A DNA stretch of 64,000 bases from Candidatus Limnocylindria bacterium (GTDB taxonomy: Bacteria; Chloroflexota; Limnocylindria; P2-11E), in assembly GCA_041496945.1 (NCBI GenBank), contig JBGQFO010000003.1, forward strand, positions 16,415 to 80,414, in the 5' to 3' direction. Both the position numbers and the translations under genes were made by a program. Under the pieces are notes generated by a model, which ran no database searches, was not told the origin of the DNA, and saw only the letters and a list, made by a program, of their open reading frames with translations. This document shows positions 26,351-34,307 of the stretch, in pieces. Positions within the stretch are counted from its first letter, which is position 1. Each line of letters begins with the position of its first letter.

Positions 26351-27436
26351 GTGAGCGTCGGCTCATATCATCGAAGGACGGTGGGCACGGGCACCTTCGA
26401 TACGCGGGTCGCGGCGATCGACGACGAGATCCGCTCGCTCCTCACGCAGGCCGAGCCGGCGCTGCAGCCCTTCTACGGGATGATGCAGTACCACCTCGGG
26501 CTCGACGCCGAGCGCCCGCGCGGCGGGAAACGGCTTCGCCCGCTCCTCTGCACGCTGGTCTTCGAGGCGCTCGGCGGCGACGCCGCCCGCGTGCTCCCGG
26601 TCGGGGCGGCGGTCGAGCTGCTGCACAACTTCACGCTCATCCACGACGACATCGAAGACCAGGACCCGCGGCGCCACCACCGTCCGACGGTGTGGTCGGT
26701 CTGGGGCGTCCCGCAGGCCATCAACGCCGGAGACGGCATGTACGCCATCTCGCGACTGGCCATGCAGCGCCTGCGCCAGCGTGGCTTCGCGGCGGAGCGC
26801 ATCCTCGACCTCTCCGCACTGCTCGATCAGACCTGCGTCCGCGTCTGCGAGGGCCAGTTCCTCGACATCAGCTTCGAGTCGCGGACCGACGTCACCGCGG
26901 AGCGCTACCGCGCGATGGCCGCGAAGAAGACCGGCGCGCTCTTCGCCGCGTCCGCCCAGGGTCCGGGCATCCTTGCCACCGACGAGCGGACGGTCCACGA
27001 CCAGCTCGCGCGCTTCGGAGCCGAGTTCGGCCAGGCATACCAGGCGTACGACGACGTGCAGGGGGTCTGGGCGACGAGCGAGCGCACCGGCAAGGTGGAG
27101 ATGAACGATCTGGTGAAGCGGAAGAAGTCGCTCCCGGTCGCGCTCGGATTCGAGCGCGCCTCACCAAAGGTGCGGGCACGGCTCGACGTCCTGTTCGCGC
27201 CGGCGGCGCCGCTCGCGGCGGAGAACGTGGAGCAGATCCGGACGATCCTCGAGGAGCTCGAGGTGCGCGCCGCGATCGACCGGGAGATCGGCGACCATCG
27301 CGACCGCGCCCTGGACGTGCTCCGACGCGTGCCGGGCGTCGCCGCGGGCGCCACGCTCGACGCGCTCGAGAGCCTGGTGCGCTCGGCGACGGGCGCGGCC
27401 GAGCCGGTCGCAGCCGCGGGGAGCACGACCGCCTAA
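26351..27436 (+). CDS. Polyprenyl (trans-isoprenyl) diphosphate synthase
   Basis: 361 aa. First Asp-rich motif LIHDDIEDQD and second Asp-rich motif AYQAYDDVQG. Confidence 0.9.
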   Translation: MSVGSYHRRTVGTGTFDTRVAAIDDEIRSLLTQAEPALQPFYGMMQYHLGLDAERPRGGKRLRPLLCTLVFEALGGDAARVLPVGAAVELLHNFTLIHDDIEDQDPRRHHRPTVWSVWGVPQAINAGDGMYAISRLAMQRLRQRGFAAERILDLSALLDQTCVRVCEGQFLDISFESRTDVTAERYRAMAAKKTGALFAASAQGPGILATDERTVHDQLARFGAEFGQAYQAYDDVQGVWATSERTGKVEMNDLVKRKKSLPVALGFERASPKVRARLDVLFAPAAPLAAENVEQIRTILEELEVRAAIDREIGDHRDRALDVLRRVPGVAAGATLDALESLVRSATGAAEPVAAAGSTTA

Positions 27437-27446
27437 CATCTCGGCC

Positions 27447-27938
27447 GTGGCGACCGCGCCGGGTGACCTCATCCTCGAGCCGAACGAGAAGGTGATCCTC
27501 GCCACGCGCCCGCTGTTCCTCTGGGAGCCGCTGGTCCTCCTCGACGTCCTGCTGATCGTCGGCGCGCTCTACTTCTCGGGCCAGACCAACGACGTCGCGG
27601 CGGGCGTGCTCCTCATCGGCGCGGTCCTGCTGATCCTCTGGCTGCTCGTCCGCTGGCTCCCGTGGAGCCGCCGGTGGTACGTGCTCACCGATCGCCGGGT
27701 CATCGCGAAGTGGGGCGTGCTCAACCGCAATCAGGCCGCGCTGCTCATCGAGCGCGTCCAGGACGCCAGCCTCACGCGCCCGTTCCCGCTCTCGATGATC
27801 CGCGATTACGGCGTCATCCACCTCGAGTCGGCCGGCGAGCACGCCGAGGAGCGCATGACCGGCGGCCTGGACGAGTTCGACATGACCGGCGCGACCGCCT
27901 TCTACCGCGCGCTCACCGAGGCGCAGACAAAGAGCTAG
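27447..27938 (+). CDS. Bacterial PH-domain (YdbS/DUF304-like) membrane protein
   Basis: 163 aa with two N-terminal TM helices, then WYVLTDRRVIAKWGVLNRNQAALLIERVQD...GVIHLESAG. Confidence 0.75.
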   Translation: MATAPGDLILEPNEKVILATRPLFLWEPLVLLDVLLIVGALYFSGQTNDVAAGVLLIGAVLLILWLLVRWLPWSRRWYVLTDRRVIAKWGVLNRNQAALLIERVQDASLTRPFPLSMIRDYGVIHLESAGEHAEERMTGGLDEFDMTGATAFYRALTEAQTKS

Positions 27939-27977
27939 CGCGGGCCGCGCGCCTACCCCTGTCTGCGGGGGGGGGTG

Positions 27978-29495
27978 TTACGGGCCGGTGACGAGGAACG
28001 CGAGGTGGAATGCGGGCAGGTTCTCCGCCGGGTGATCGTCGGCGTAGGTGAGCTGTGGCACGCGGAAGTTCAGTGGTCGGGTCTCGACGCCTTTGTAGAT
28101 CCCCGGGTACAGATCGATGTAATGCCAGCCCTGCGCACCTGAGACCCGAAAGACGACCTGCACGTTGCCGCCCGAGTTGAAGCCGCAAGCGTAGCCCGCG
28201 TACGAGTTGTCGTAGGTGAGGTTGTAGATGTTCGCGGTCTCCGTCCAGCCGACGCCGTTCAGCTGGATCGTGACCTCGGTGCCGGATGGCCCGCGATCGA
28301 TCTTCAGCGGCTGGATGGACGGCTGGATGATGAACGTCGTCTTCGCGATCACGGTGTCGCCGCGCTTGAGCGAGAGGACGTGCGACCCGCCGAGATCGTC
28401 GGGGACGGTGAACGGCATCGAGAGCTTCCCGTCGCGGTCGGTGTGCCCCTTCGCGATCGTGTCGGCCTTCGCCTCGAAGCCGGACCCGGACACGCGGTTG
28501 CCCACTGTCGTCGTCCACTCGAGGTCGAACTCGCCGCTTGGCGTGAGCCCCGATCCGTGAAGCGTGGTCTTCGCGCCCACGATGCCGGAAGGCGGGTCGA
28601 ACCAAATGCCGGTCGGGGCCGGGGCGGTCGCGAGCGTCGACAGGCCCTGGGCTGAGGCTGGGGCCGGAAGGACAGCCGGTCCGTCGGTGATGGTGAAGGG
28701 CAGGCGGAACATCGGACGCCCCGGCTCAGGCGATTGCTGCATGTTGAGGTACGGGAACGTGAAGTCGCCGTGCAGGACCGTCACGATGTGCGTGCCGAGC
28801 TCGCCGGTGGCGGGGATGACAGCCTTCGCGTAGCCCTTCGTCGTCACCGACGAGAGCCACCCGGTGAAGGAGTTGTCGTAGCTGGCGAGCCAGCTGTTCT
28901 CGAGCTGCCGCCAGCCGATGCCACGTGCCTCGATGGTGATCGGTGTCCCGAGCGGGCCGCTCTTGGGGCTGATCGTGACCTGGAGGTCGACGTCGAACCC
29001 CGCCTTGTTGCGGATGACGCTCGCGGTGTCGCGAACGAGGACGTCGTGCTGGAATCCGAAGTCGTTGTCGGGGACGATGAGCGTGGTCGCGAACGCGCCG
29101 GCGGCGTCCGTGGTGACGCGCTTCAGGATCTTCTCGGCCGGCTTGTATTCGCGGCCCTTGTACTCGGTCTGGTCCGCCGAGAGGACCCACTTGCCCGTGA
29201 CCGTCGTCCACACGAGGTCGTAGGGCGTCTGGGCCTTGAGGCCGCTCCCGCTCGCCGCCACGCTCGTGCCCCACGGGCCGTGGAGCGGCGAGAGTCCGAA
29301 CTTGCCCATGATCTCGAGCGGTGCCTCGCTCGCCGCCGGCGCCGGAGCCGTGGTGACCCCCGCGCTCGCTGCCTTCGTGGCCGCCGCGGCCCCGGTCGTC
29401 GCGACCGGGGCCAGGCGAGAGGCCTCCGAACACGCGCCGAGAACGAGGGCGATGGCGACGAGCGCGGCGATCGCCGGCCGACCGGCGGCACGCAT
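27978..29495 (-). CDS. Exported lipoprotein with duplicated two-domain (A-B-A-B) Ig/TIG-like architecture, function unknown
   Basis: 505 aa. Lipoprotein signal MRAAGRPAIAALVAIALVLGAC. Internal repeats: GPWGTSVAASGSGL..YDLVWTTV versus GIVGAKTTLHGSGL..FDLEWTTT, and GPLGTPITIEARGIGW....SYDNSFTGW versus GPSGTEVTIQLNGVGW....TYDNSYAGY. Last gene of the nrfCD-like operon. Confidence 0.8.
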   Translation of the reverse strand: MRAAGRPAIAALVAIALVLGACSEASRLAPVATTGAAAATKAASAGVTTAPAPAASEAPLEIMGKFGLSPLHGPWGTSVAASGSGLKAQTPYDLVWTTVTGKWVLSADQTEYKGREYKPAEKILKRVTTDAAGAFATTLIVPDNDFGFQHDVLVRDTASVIRNKAGFDVDLQVTISPKSGPLGTPITIEARGIGWRQLENSWLASYDNSFTGWLSSVTTKGYAKAVIPATGELGTHIVTVLHGDFTFPYLNMQQSPEPGRPMFRLPFTITDGPAVLPAPASAQGLSTLATAPAPTGIWFDPPSGIVGAKTTLHGSGLTPSGEFDLEWTTTVGNRVSGSGFEAKADTIAKGHTDRDGKLSMPFTVPDDLGGSHVLSLKRGDTVIAKTTFIIQPSIQPLKIDRGPSGTEVTIQLNGVGWTETANIYNLTYDNSYAGYACGFNSGGNVQVVFRVSGAQGWHYIDLYPGIYKGVETRPLNFRVPQLTYADDHPAENLPAFHLAFLVTGP

Positions 29496-29496
29496 G

Positions 29497-30060
29497 TCAG
29501 CGGGTCCCTACGGGGATGACCTGGAGCAGCGACGACGCGACGTTGAACTGATCGTAGGTGCCGGTCGTGCCCTCCAGGCTGATCGCCACGAGCTTGTACT
29601 TGAACGCGCCGGTCGGGTAGTCGGCCGGGATCTTGAACGAGGTGGTCCAGAAGTAGTCGTCGGTCTTTCCCTTCGGGTGCGGCCCGAACTTCAGGTCCTT
29701 CGTCGTGGCGTCGGGAAGCGTGATGACGACCGACTTCAGCTGCTTGTCGTCCATCGGCTTGCCGGTGGCGGTGCTGTAGACCTTCACGCGCCAGACGATC
29801 GGCTCACCCTGAGGAAAGCGGTTCTTCTGCACGCAGGAGAACGCGGCCTTCTCCTCATCGGTGATCCCGATCGAGCCACTGGTCGTGTCCGCGACGACGA
29901 TGAGCATGTTCGCAGCGGCGGGACCTTGCGGCGCGGCCGGCTGGGCCGCCGCCGCGCTGGTTGGCGCGGTTGACGCGACGGGTTCGGGCGGCGTACCGCC
30001 GCAGGAGACGACGAATCCGGCGACCATGACGAGGATGCCGATACGTGACCTGACCTTCAC
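29497..30060 (-). CDS. Exported lipoprotein, function unknown
   Basis: 187 aa. Signal and lipobox MKVRSRIGILVMVAGFVVSC, a Pro/Ala linker, then a beta-rich domain (WRVKVY...DDYFWTTSFKIPADYPTGAFKY). 1-nt gap to the next gene. Confidence 0.8.
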   Translation of the reverse strand: MKVRSRIGILVMVAGFVVSCGGTPPEPVASTAPTSAAAAQPAAPQGPAAANMLIVVADTTSGSIGITDEEKAAFSCVQKNRFPQGEPIVWRVKVYSTATGKPMDDKQLKSVVITLPDATTKDLKFGPHPKGKTDDYFWTTSFKIPADYPTGAFKYKLVAISLEGTTGTYDQFNVASSLLQVIPVGTR

Positions 30061-30069
30061 ATCTACCTC

Positions 30070-30780
30070 CTAGATTTCTCGAGCTCGCCCGGGGTAGGGA
30101 CTGCGGTGAACGCCGCGTGGGATGCGGTATGCGGTCCCGAAGACGACGAACGCGAAGAGCGCCCAGATCGAGAGGAGGACGAACGCGCCCACGGACGGCA
30201 CGCGCACGCTGAACGGATCGAGCGGCAGATCCTCGCGCGCGTAGGTCGTCGGGGCGACGCGGACGGCCTGGATCGTCGCCGTCGCTTGCGTCGCGGCGAG
30301 ACGGTCCCACTGGGTCGGCCGGGCGACGATGGTGTGCGCGCCGCCCTCGGCCGGCAGGTAGTCGATCGCCACGGTGCCGAAGCCGTCGGTCTTCGCGGCA
30401 CCGATCCACATCTCGCGCGGGCCGAGGAGCTCGACCACGTCGTAGAACGCGATCTCCGTGCCGACGAGCGCCTTGCCATCCTTGCCGACGAGCCGCGCCT
30501 CGAGGGCGTAGCCCCTGGCCTCCTTCGTCGCGGGTTGGACGGAGAGCGATGTGAGCGCGCGCGCCGCCGTCGGGGCGACACCCGAGACCTGCAGCGCGGG
30601 CGCGGCCCGCGCGCCGGACGACGACGACGCGGCCTGACCCTGCTGCGCCAGCCGGCCCGAGGCATCGAGCATCACCCGCGGACCGAACAGGCCGCTGACC
30701 GCCCGTGCCCCGCCGCCGAACAGCATGAACGCGGCGAGGAACGCGACGACGATGAGCGCGAGCCCGCGAGCTCTACTCAT
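30070..30780 (-). CDS. Bitopic membrane protein with N-terminal signal/anchor, Ig-like middle domain and C-terminal TM helix; function unknown
   Basis: Track ORF 30070..30855, with start at internal ATG 30780 (MSRARGLALIVVAFLAAFMLFGG) overlapping the nrfD-like stop by 8 nt. Middle region YALEARLVGKDGKALVGTEIAFYDV. C-terminal helix VGAFVLLSIWALFAFVVFGTAY. Contains no Cys. Confidence 0.7.
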   Translation of the reverse strand: MSRARGLALIVVAFLAAFMLFGGGARAVSGLFGPRVMLDASGRLAQQGQAASSSSGARAAPALQVSGVAPTAARALTSLSVQPATKEARGYALEARLVGKDGKALVGTEIAFYDVVELLGPREMWIGAAKTDGFGTVAIDYLPAEGGAHTIVARPTQWDRLAATQATATIQAVRVAPTTYAREDLPLDPFSVRVPSVGAFVLLSIWALFAFVVFGTAYRIPRGVHRSPYPGRAREI

Positions 30781-32128
30781 CTCCACCCCCGTACGCGACC
30801 GCGACGCCTGGCGCCCTCGCGCGTGCGCTGGTGACCGCGGGAGCGGCCACGACACCCTCGACCTCCTCGACCTCGTGGATGGACATCACCGGCACGAGCG
30901 CGAACAGGACCATGAGGCCGAGCGGGATCGCGGCGACCGCGGCCGCGGTGATCGTGAGCTCGACCCAGGTGGGTCGGTAGAGCGCGAGCGGCGAGACCGG
31001 CTCGGTGATCCCGGGGATGAGGATGATGAGGTAGCGCTTCAGCCACATCGCGGCGATCAGCAGCGCCGACGCGAACGAGGCCCTCGCGACCAGATACCGG
31101 CCGGGCAGAGCGACAAGCACGAGGGGTAACACGAGCCCGCCCAGCACGATCGCCCAGAACAGGGGCGCGTACGAGCCGATGAAGAGCGCGCGGAGGATGG
31201 CGCCCGTCTCGCCGGTCTGCGTGTACCCCTCGGTGAGGTACTCCGCGACCATGAAGTACAGATAGCCCGCGCCGAGCGCGAGGAGCAGATACGAGAGATA
31301 GCGGAAATGCGTGCGCGTGATGAACGGCTCGAGGTGATAGGCCTTTCGCGCCGCCGCAAGGACCAGGATCACCATCGCGACGCCGGACAGCATCGCCGCC
31401 ATCACGAAGAGGGGCCCGAAGATCGTGCTGTGCCAGCCCTCGCGCACGGTCATCGCGAAGAGCCACGCCAGGACGGAATGGACCGAGATCGCGAGCGGAA
31501 TGATGAGGACGGCCATGATCAGCGTGGCACGCAGCAGCCAGCGCTCCTGCTCGGGCGTGCCCTCCCAACGGAGCGCGAGCGCCGCGTAGAGCTTCCGGCG
31601 CAGCGCACGCGCCGGCAGCGTGTCGCGGAAGCGGCCGAGGTCCGGGATGAGCGGCAGTGCGAAGAAGATGAGCGTGCCCACGAGGTACGTGGTGATCGCG
31701 ATCCAGTCCCAGGTGATCGGCGAACCGACCTGCGCGTATAGGAAGAGGTTGAGCATGCGATCGGGCCGCCCGACGTCGATGAGCACCGAGATGGCGCCGA
31801 CGGCGAGCGTAACGACGGCCGTCGCCTCGGCGATCCGGGTGATCGGCGCGCGCCATTTCGCGCCGGTGAGCCGCAGGATCGCTGACGTGATCGCTCCGCC
31901 GTAGCTGATGCCGATGAAGAAGACGAAGTTCGCGATGTAAAGGCCCCAGAAGATCGTGTGGTTCACGCCGGTGACGCCATGACCGTTCGTGACCTGGTAG
32001 GCGTAGGCGTAGATCCCAGCGGCCACGACGAGGACGAGCAGCGTGGCGATGATCCACCAGAGCGGACCGGTCCGTCCGATGTTCGCGCTCGCGCGCTCGA
32101 GGTAGAGGCGGTGCGTACGCTCGTCCAT
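30773..32128 (-). CDS. NrfD/PsrC-family polytopic quinone-interacting membrane subunit
   Basis: 451 aa, about 10 TM segments. N-terminal region GPLWWIIATLLVLVVAAGIYAYAYQVTNGHGVTGVNHTIFWGLYIANFVFFIGISYGGA is typical of NrfD/ActC/DsrP-like proteins. The start abuts the nrfC-like stop with no gap. Confidence 0.9.
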   Translation of the reverse strand: MDERTHRLYLERASANIGRTGPLWWIIATLLVLVVAAGIYAYAYQVTNGHGVTGVNHTIFWGLYIANFVFFIGISYGGAITSAILRLTGAKWRAPITRIAEATAVVTLAVGAISVLIDVGRPDRMLNLFLYAQVGSPITWDWIAITTYLVGTLIFFALPLIPDLGRFRDTLPARALRRKLYAALALRWEGTPEQERWLLRATLIMAVLIIPLAISVHSVLAWLFAMTVREGWHSTIFGPLFVMAAMLSGVAMVILVLAAARKAYHLEPFITRTHFRYLSYLLLALGAGYLYFMVAEYLTEGYTQTGETGAILRALFIGSYAPLFWAIVLGGLVLPLVLVALPGRYLVARASFASALLIAAMWLKRYLIILIPGITEPVSPLALYRPTWVELTITAAAVAAIPLGLMVLFALVPVMSIHEVEEVEGVVAAPAVTSARARAPGVAVAYGGGDE

Positions 32129-32938
32129 CTAGAACCCCAGATCCTGGCCGTGGCCGGCGATGTAGTAGACGCGCGGCCCGGTGTGGAGCTCTTCCTTGTA
32201 CCGGAACGCGTCGTTGTCCTTCAGGAACTCGGAGAGCCGGACCGTCTCGCGGCCATTCGTCGCGATGTCGGAGATGAAGTCGCCGATGTAGAGCGCGTAC
32301 ATGTTGCAGCCTTCGACGCACGCGGGCAGCTTTCCCATCGCCGTGAAGTGGACGCAGAACATGCACTTCCCGACCGTGCCCTTCTGCTGCGGCACGGGGT
32401 ATTGCGGCGTGGGTCGCCCGAACGGATTGTCGAAGGCCGGCGGATCGGTGTCGTTGAAGTACCGCACCCCGTAGGGGCATGCCGCCATGCACATGCGGCA
32501 GCCGATGCAGCGATCCTGGTCCACGAGGTTCACGCCCTCGGGGTCTTTGAACGTCGCGCCGACCGGGCACACGCGGATGCAGGGAGCGTTCTCGCACTGC
32601 ATGCACGGCTGCGGCATGAAGAACTCCTGACCGCTCTTGGTCGTGCGCTTGTGGACCTTGATCCACTGGAAGCTCTTCGGGAGGTGGTGCGCCACCTGAC
32701 AGGCTTCGGTGCACTTCTCGCAGCCGTCGCAGCGGCGCATGTCAACGACCATCGCCCACTGGTGCTGCTTCGACGGTGGCGTCGCGGCTTCCGCCTCGAA
32801 GCGGATCGGGGCGAAGTTCGCGGCGGCGAGCGCGCCGGCTCCACCACCCAGCCCGCCGAGGAACTGCCGGCGAGAGATCCTGCCCACGTCCACGACTCCG
32901 TAGCGCGCGCTCTCAGCGCGTTCTTTGGTTGCGCGCAA
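32129..32938 (-). CDS. Tat-exported 4x[4Fe-4S] ferredoxin subunit (NrfC/PsrB/DmsB-like)
   Basis: 269 aa. Twin-arginine signal SRRQFLGGLGGGAGALAAANF. Four Cys clusters: CDGCEKCTEAC, CMQCENAPCIRVCP, CIGCRMCMAACP and CMFC...CVEGC. The start is TTG 32938, or GTG 32893/32887. Confidence 0.92.
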   Translation of the reverse strand: MRATKERAESARYGVVDVGRISRRQFLGGLGGGAGALAAANFAPIRFEAEAATPPSKQHQWAMVVDMRRCDGCEKCTEACQVAHHLPKSFQWIKVHKRTTKSGQEFFMPQPCMQCENAPCIRVCPVGATFKDPEGVNLVDQDRCIGCRMCMAACPYGVRYFNDTDPPAFDNPFGRPTPQYPVPQQKGTVGKCMFCVHFTAMGKLPACVEGCNMYALYIGDFISDIATNGRETVRLSEFLKDNDAFRYKEELHTGPRVYYIAGHGQDLGF

Positions 32939-33157
32939 GATGCGGTAAGAGCCGGCTTAGGGATAGTTGCGAATGGCATGAAGCGCGTAGGACGAAGGCG
33001 TCGTGTGGTGTCATGCCGATCCTGTTCTCGCTCAGCGGGCACTCAGCCAGAGGACGCCACCGGCGCCTACTCCATGAGAGTTCGCTCAGCAAAGGACCCT
33101 TTGGCCCTTTCGAGATGCGACCGTCGGCCCTTCGCGCAGGAGCCACGCGTCCTCACC

Positions 33158-33868
33158 ATGCGCACCGTGGAGCACGTCCAGGACGGCGGCGCTCGCGTAC
33201 TCGTGGTCGACGACGAACCGGGCATCGCGAGCCTCGTCCGCCGCGGCCTGCTCGGCGCCGGCTTCCGCGTGCGTGAGGAGCTCGATGGTGAGGGCGCGCT
33301 CCGCGCGCTCGAACGGTGGTCGCCCGACGTCGTCGTCCTCGACGTCATGATGCCGGGCCTCGACGGCCTCACGGTGTGCCGCCGGGCGCGCATGGCCGAT
33401 CCAGGGCTTGGGATCCTGATGCTGACGGCGAGAGACGCCACGATGGACGAGGTGATCGGCCTCGAGTCAGGCGCCGACGACTACCTCGCGAAGCCATTCA
33501 GCATCAGCGTGCTCGTCGCTCGGGTCCGCTCGCTGCTCCGCCGCCGCGAGCCAGGAGCCGGTGGGACCCTCGAGTACGAAGACCTACGCCTCGACACCTC
33601 CGCGCACGTGGCGCAGCGCGCCGGTCGGGAGATCCACCTGACCCTGACGGAATACCGCCTGCTGCATCAGTTCCTTCGCGCGCCCGAGGAGGTCCTGTCG
33701 AAGGCGGTCCTGATCAACCGCGTGTGGGGGCAGCAATTCGGCGGGAGCGACAACGTGCTCGAGGTGTACGTTCGCTACCTGCGCCAGAAGCTCGAGCCCG
33801 CAGGCGAGCCGCGCCTCATCCATACGCTGCGCGGTAGCGGTTACGTGCTGCGCCGCACGCCGCCGTAG
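33158..33868 (+). CDS. OmpR/PhoB-family response regulator
   Basis: C-terminal 236 aa of the spurious 636-aa track ORF 31958..33868. Start at ATG 33158. Receiver domain VLVVDDEPGI...DVVVLDVMMPGLDG...LTARD...KPF. Winged-helix domain LTLTEYRLLHQFL...VEVYVRYLRQKL...IHTLRGSGY. Confidence 0.93.
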   Translation: MRTVEHVQDGGARVLVVDDEPGIASLVRRGLLGAGFRVREELDGEGALRALERWSPDVVVLDVMMPGLDGLTVCRRARMADPGLGILMLTARDATMDEVIGLESGADDYLAKPFSISVLVARVRSLLRRREPGAGGTLEYEDLRLDTSAHVAQRAGREIHLTLTEYRLLHQFLRAPEEVLSKAVLINRVWGQQFGGSDNVLEVYVRYLRQKLEPAGEPRLIHTLRGSGYVLRRTPP

Positions 33869-33899
33869 CCAGGACGTCGACCTCTCCAGCGGCGCCGAT

Positions 33900-34307
33900 C
33901 TAGCGCAGGTTCTCCGGCAGAAATGGCTCAGGCAGAAGTTCCCTGAGACTCGTCGCCTTCCGCAGCCCGCCGGTCGTCGCGAGGATCACGCGCATGTCCG
34001 GCGAGAACTCCGCGAGCACCTGACGGCACGCGCCACACGGCGTGGGCAGCCGGTCGTCGTCGATGACGATCGCGATCGCGTCGAAGGTCGTGTCCCCGGC
34101 GTTCACCGCGGCGAACGCGGCGGTGCGCTCCGCGCACACCGTGAGCCCGTAGGACGCGTTCTCGACGTTCGCGCCGGCGTGCACCTTGTTCCGCTTCGTC
34201 CTGATCGCGGCGCCGACCTTGTACTTCGAGTACGGCGCGTGGGCCCGTTGACGCTGGAGCGACGCGACCTTGATGAGGTCCTCGTCGGCCGGGCCGAGCG
34301 CGGTCAT
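33900..34307 (-). CDS. cdd: Cytidine deaminase
   Basis: 135 aa. Zinc motifs CAERTA and PCGACRQVLAEF. Confidence 0.93.
   Translation of the reverse strand: MTALGPADEDLIKVASLQRQRAHAPYSKYKVGAAIRTKRNKVHAGANVENASYGLTVCAERTAAFAAVNAGDTTFDAIAIVIDDDRLPTPCGACRQVLAEFSPDMRVILATTGGLRKATSLRELLPEPFLPENLR

Noticed and set aside
27967-27975. G9 homopolymer next to the stop codon of the 505-aa lipoprotein gene
   Set aside because: It lies outside both convergent coding regions (27939-27977), so it cannot phase-vary a reading frame. At most it is part of a weak CCCC/GGGG terminator hairpin.
30777-32714. 645-aa minus-strand ORF in an alternative frame across the nrfD/nrfC-like genes
   Set aside because: Arg/Pro/Gly/His-rich out-of-frame run. 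The other frame gives a clean NrfD membrane protein and a Cys-cluster ferredoxin.
31958-33157. N-terminal 400 aa of the 636-aa ORF that ends as the response regulator
   Set aside because: It is antisense to the nrfC/nrfD-like genes and crosses the intergenic region. Regulator homology begins only at ATG 33158.
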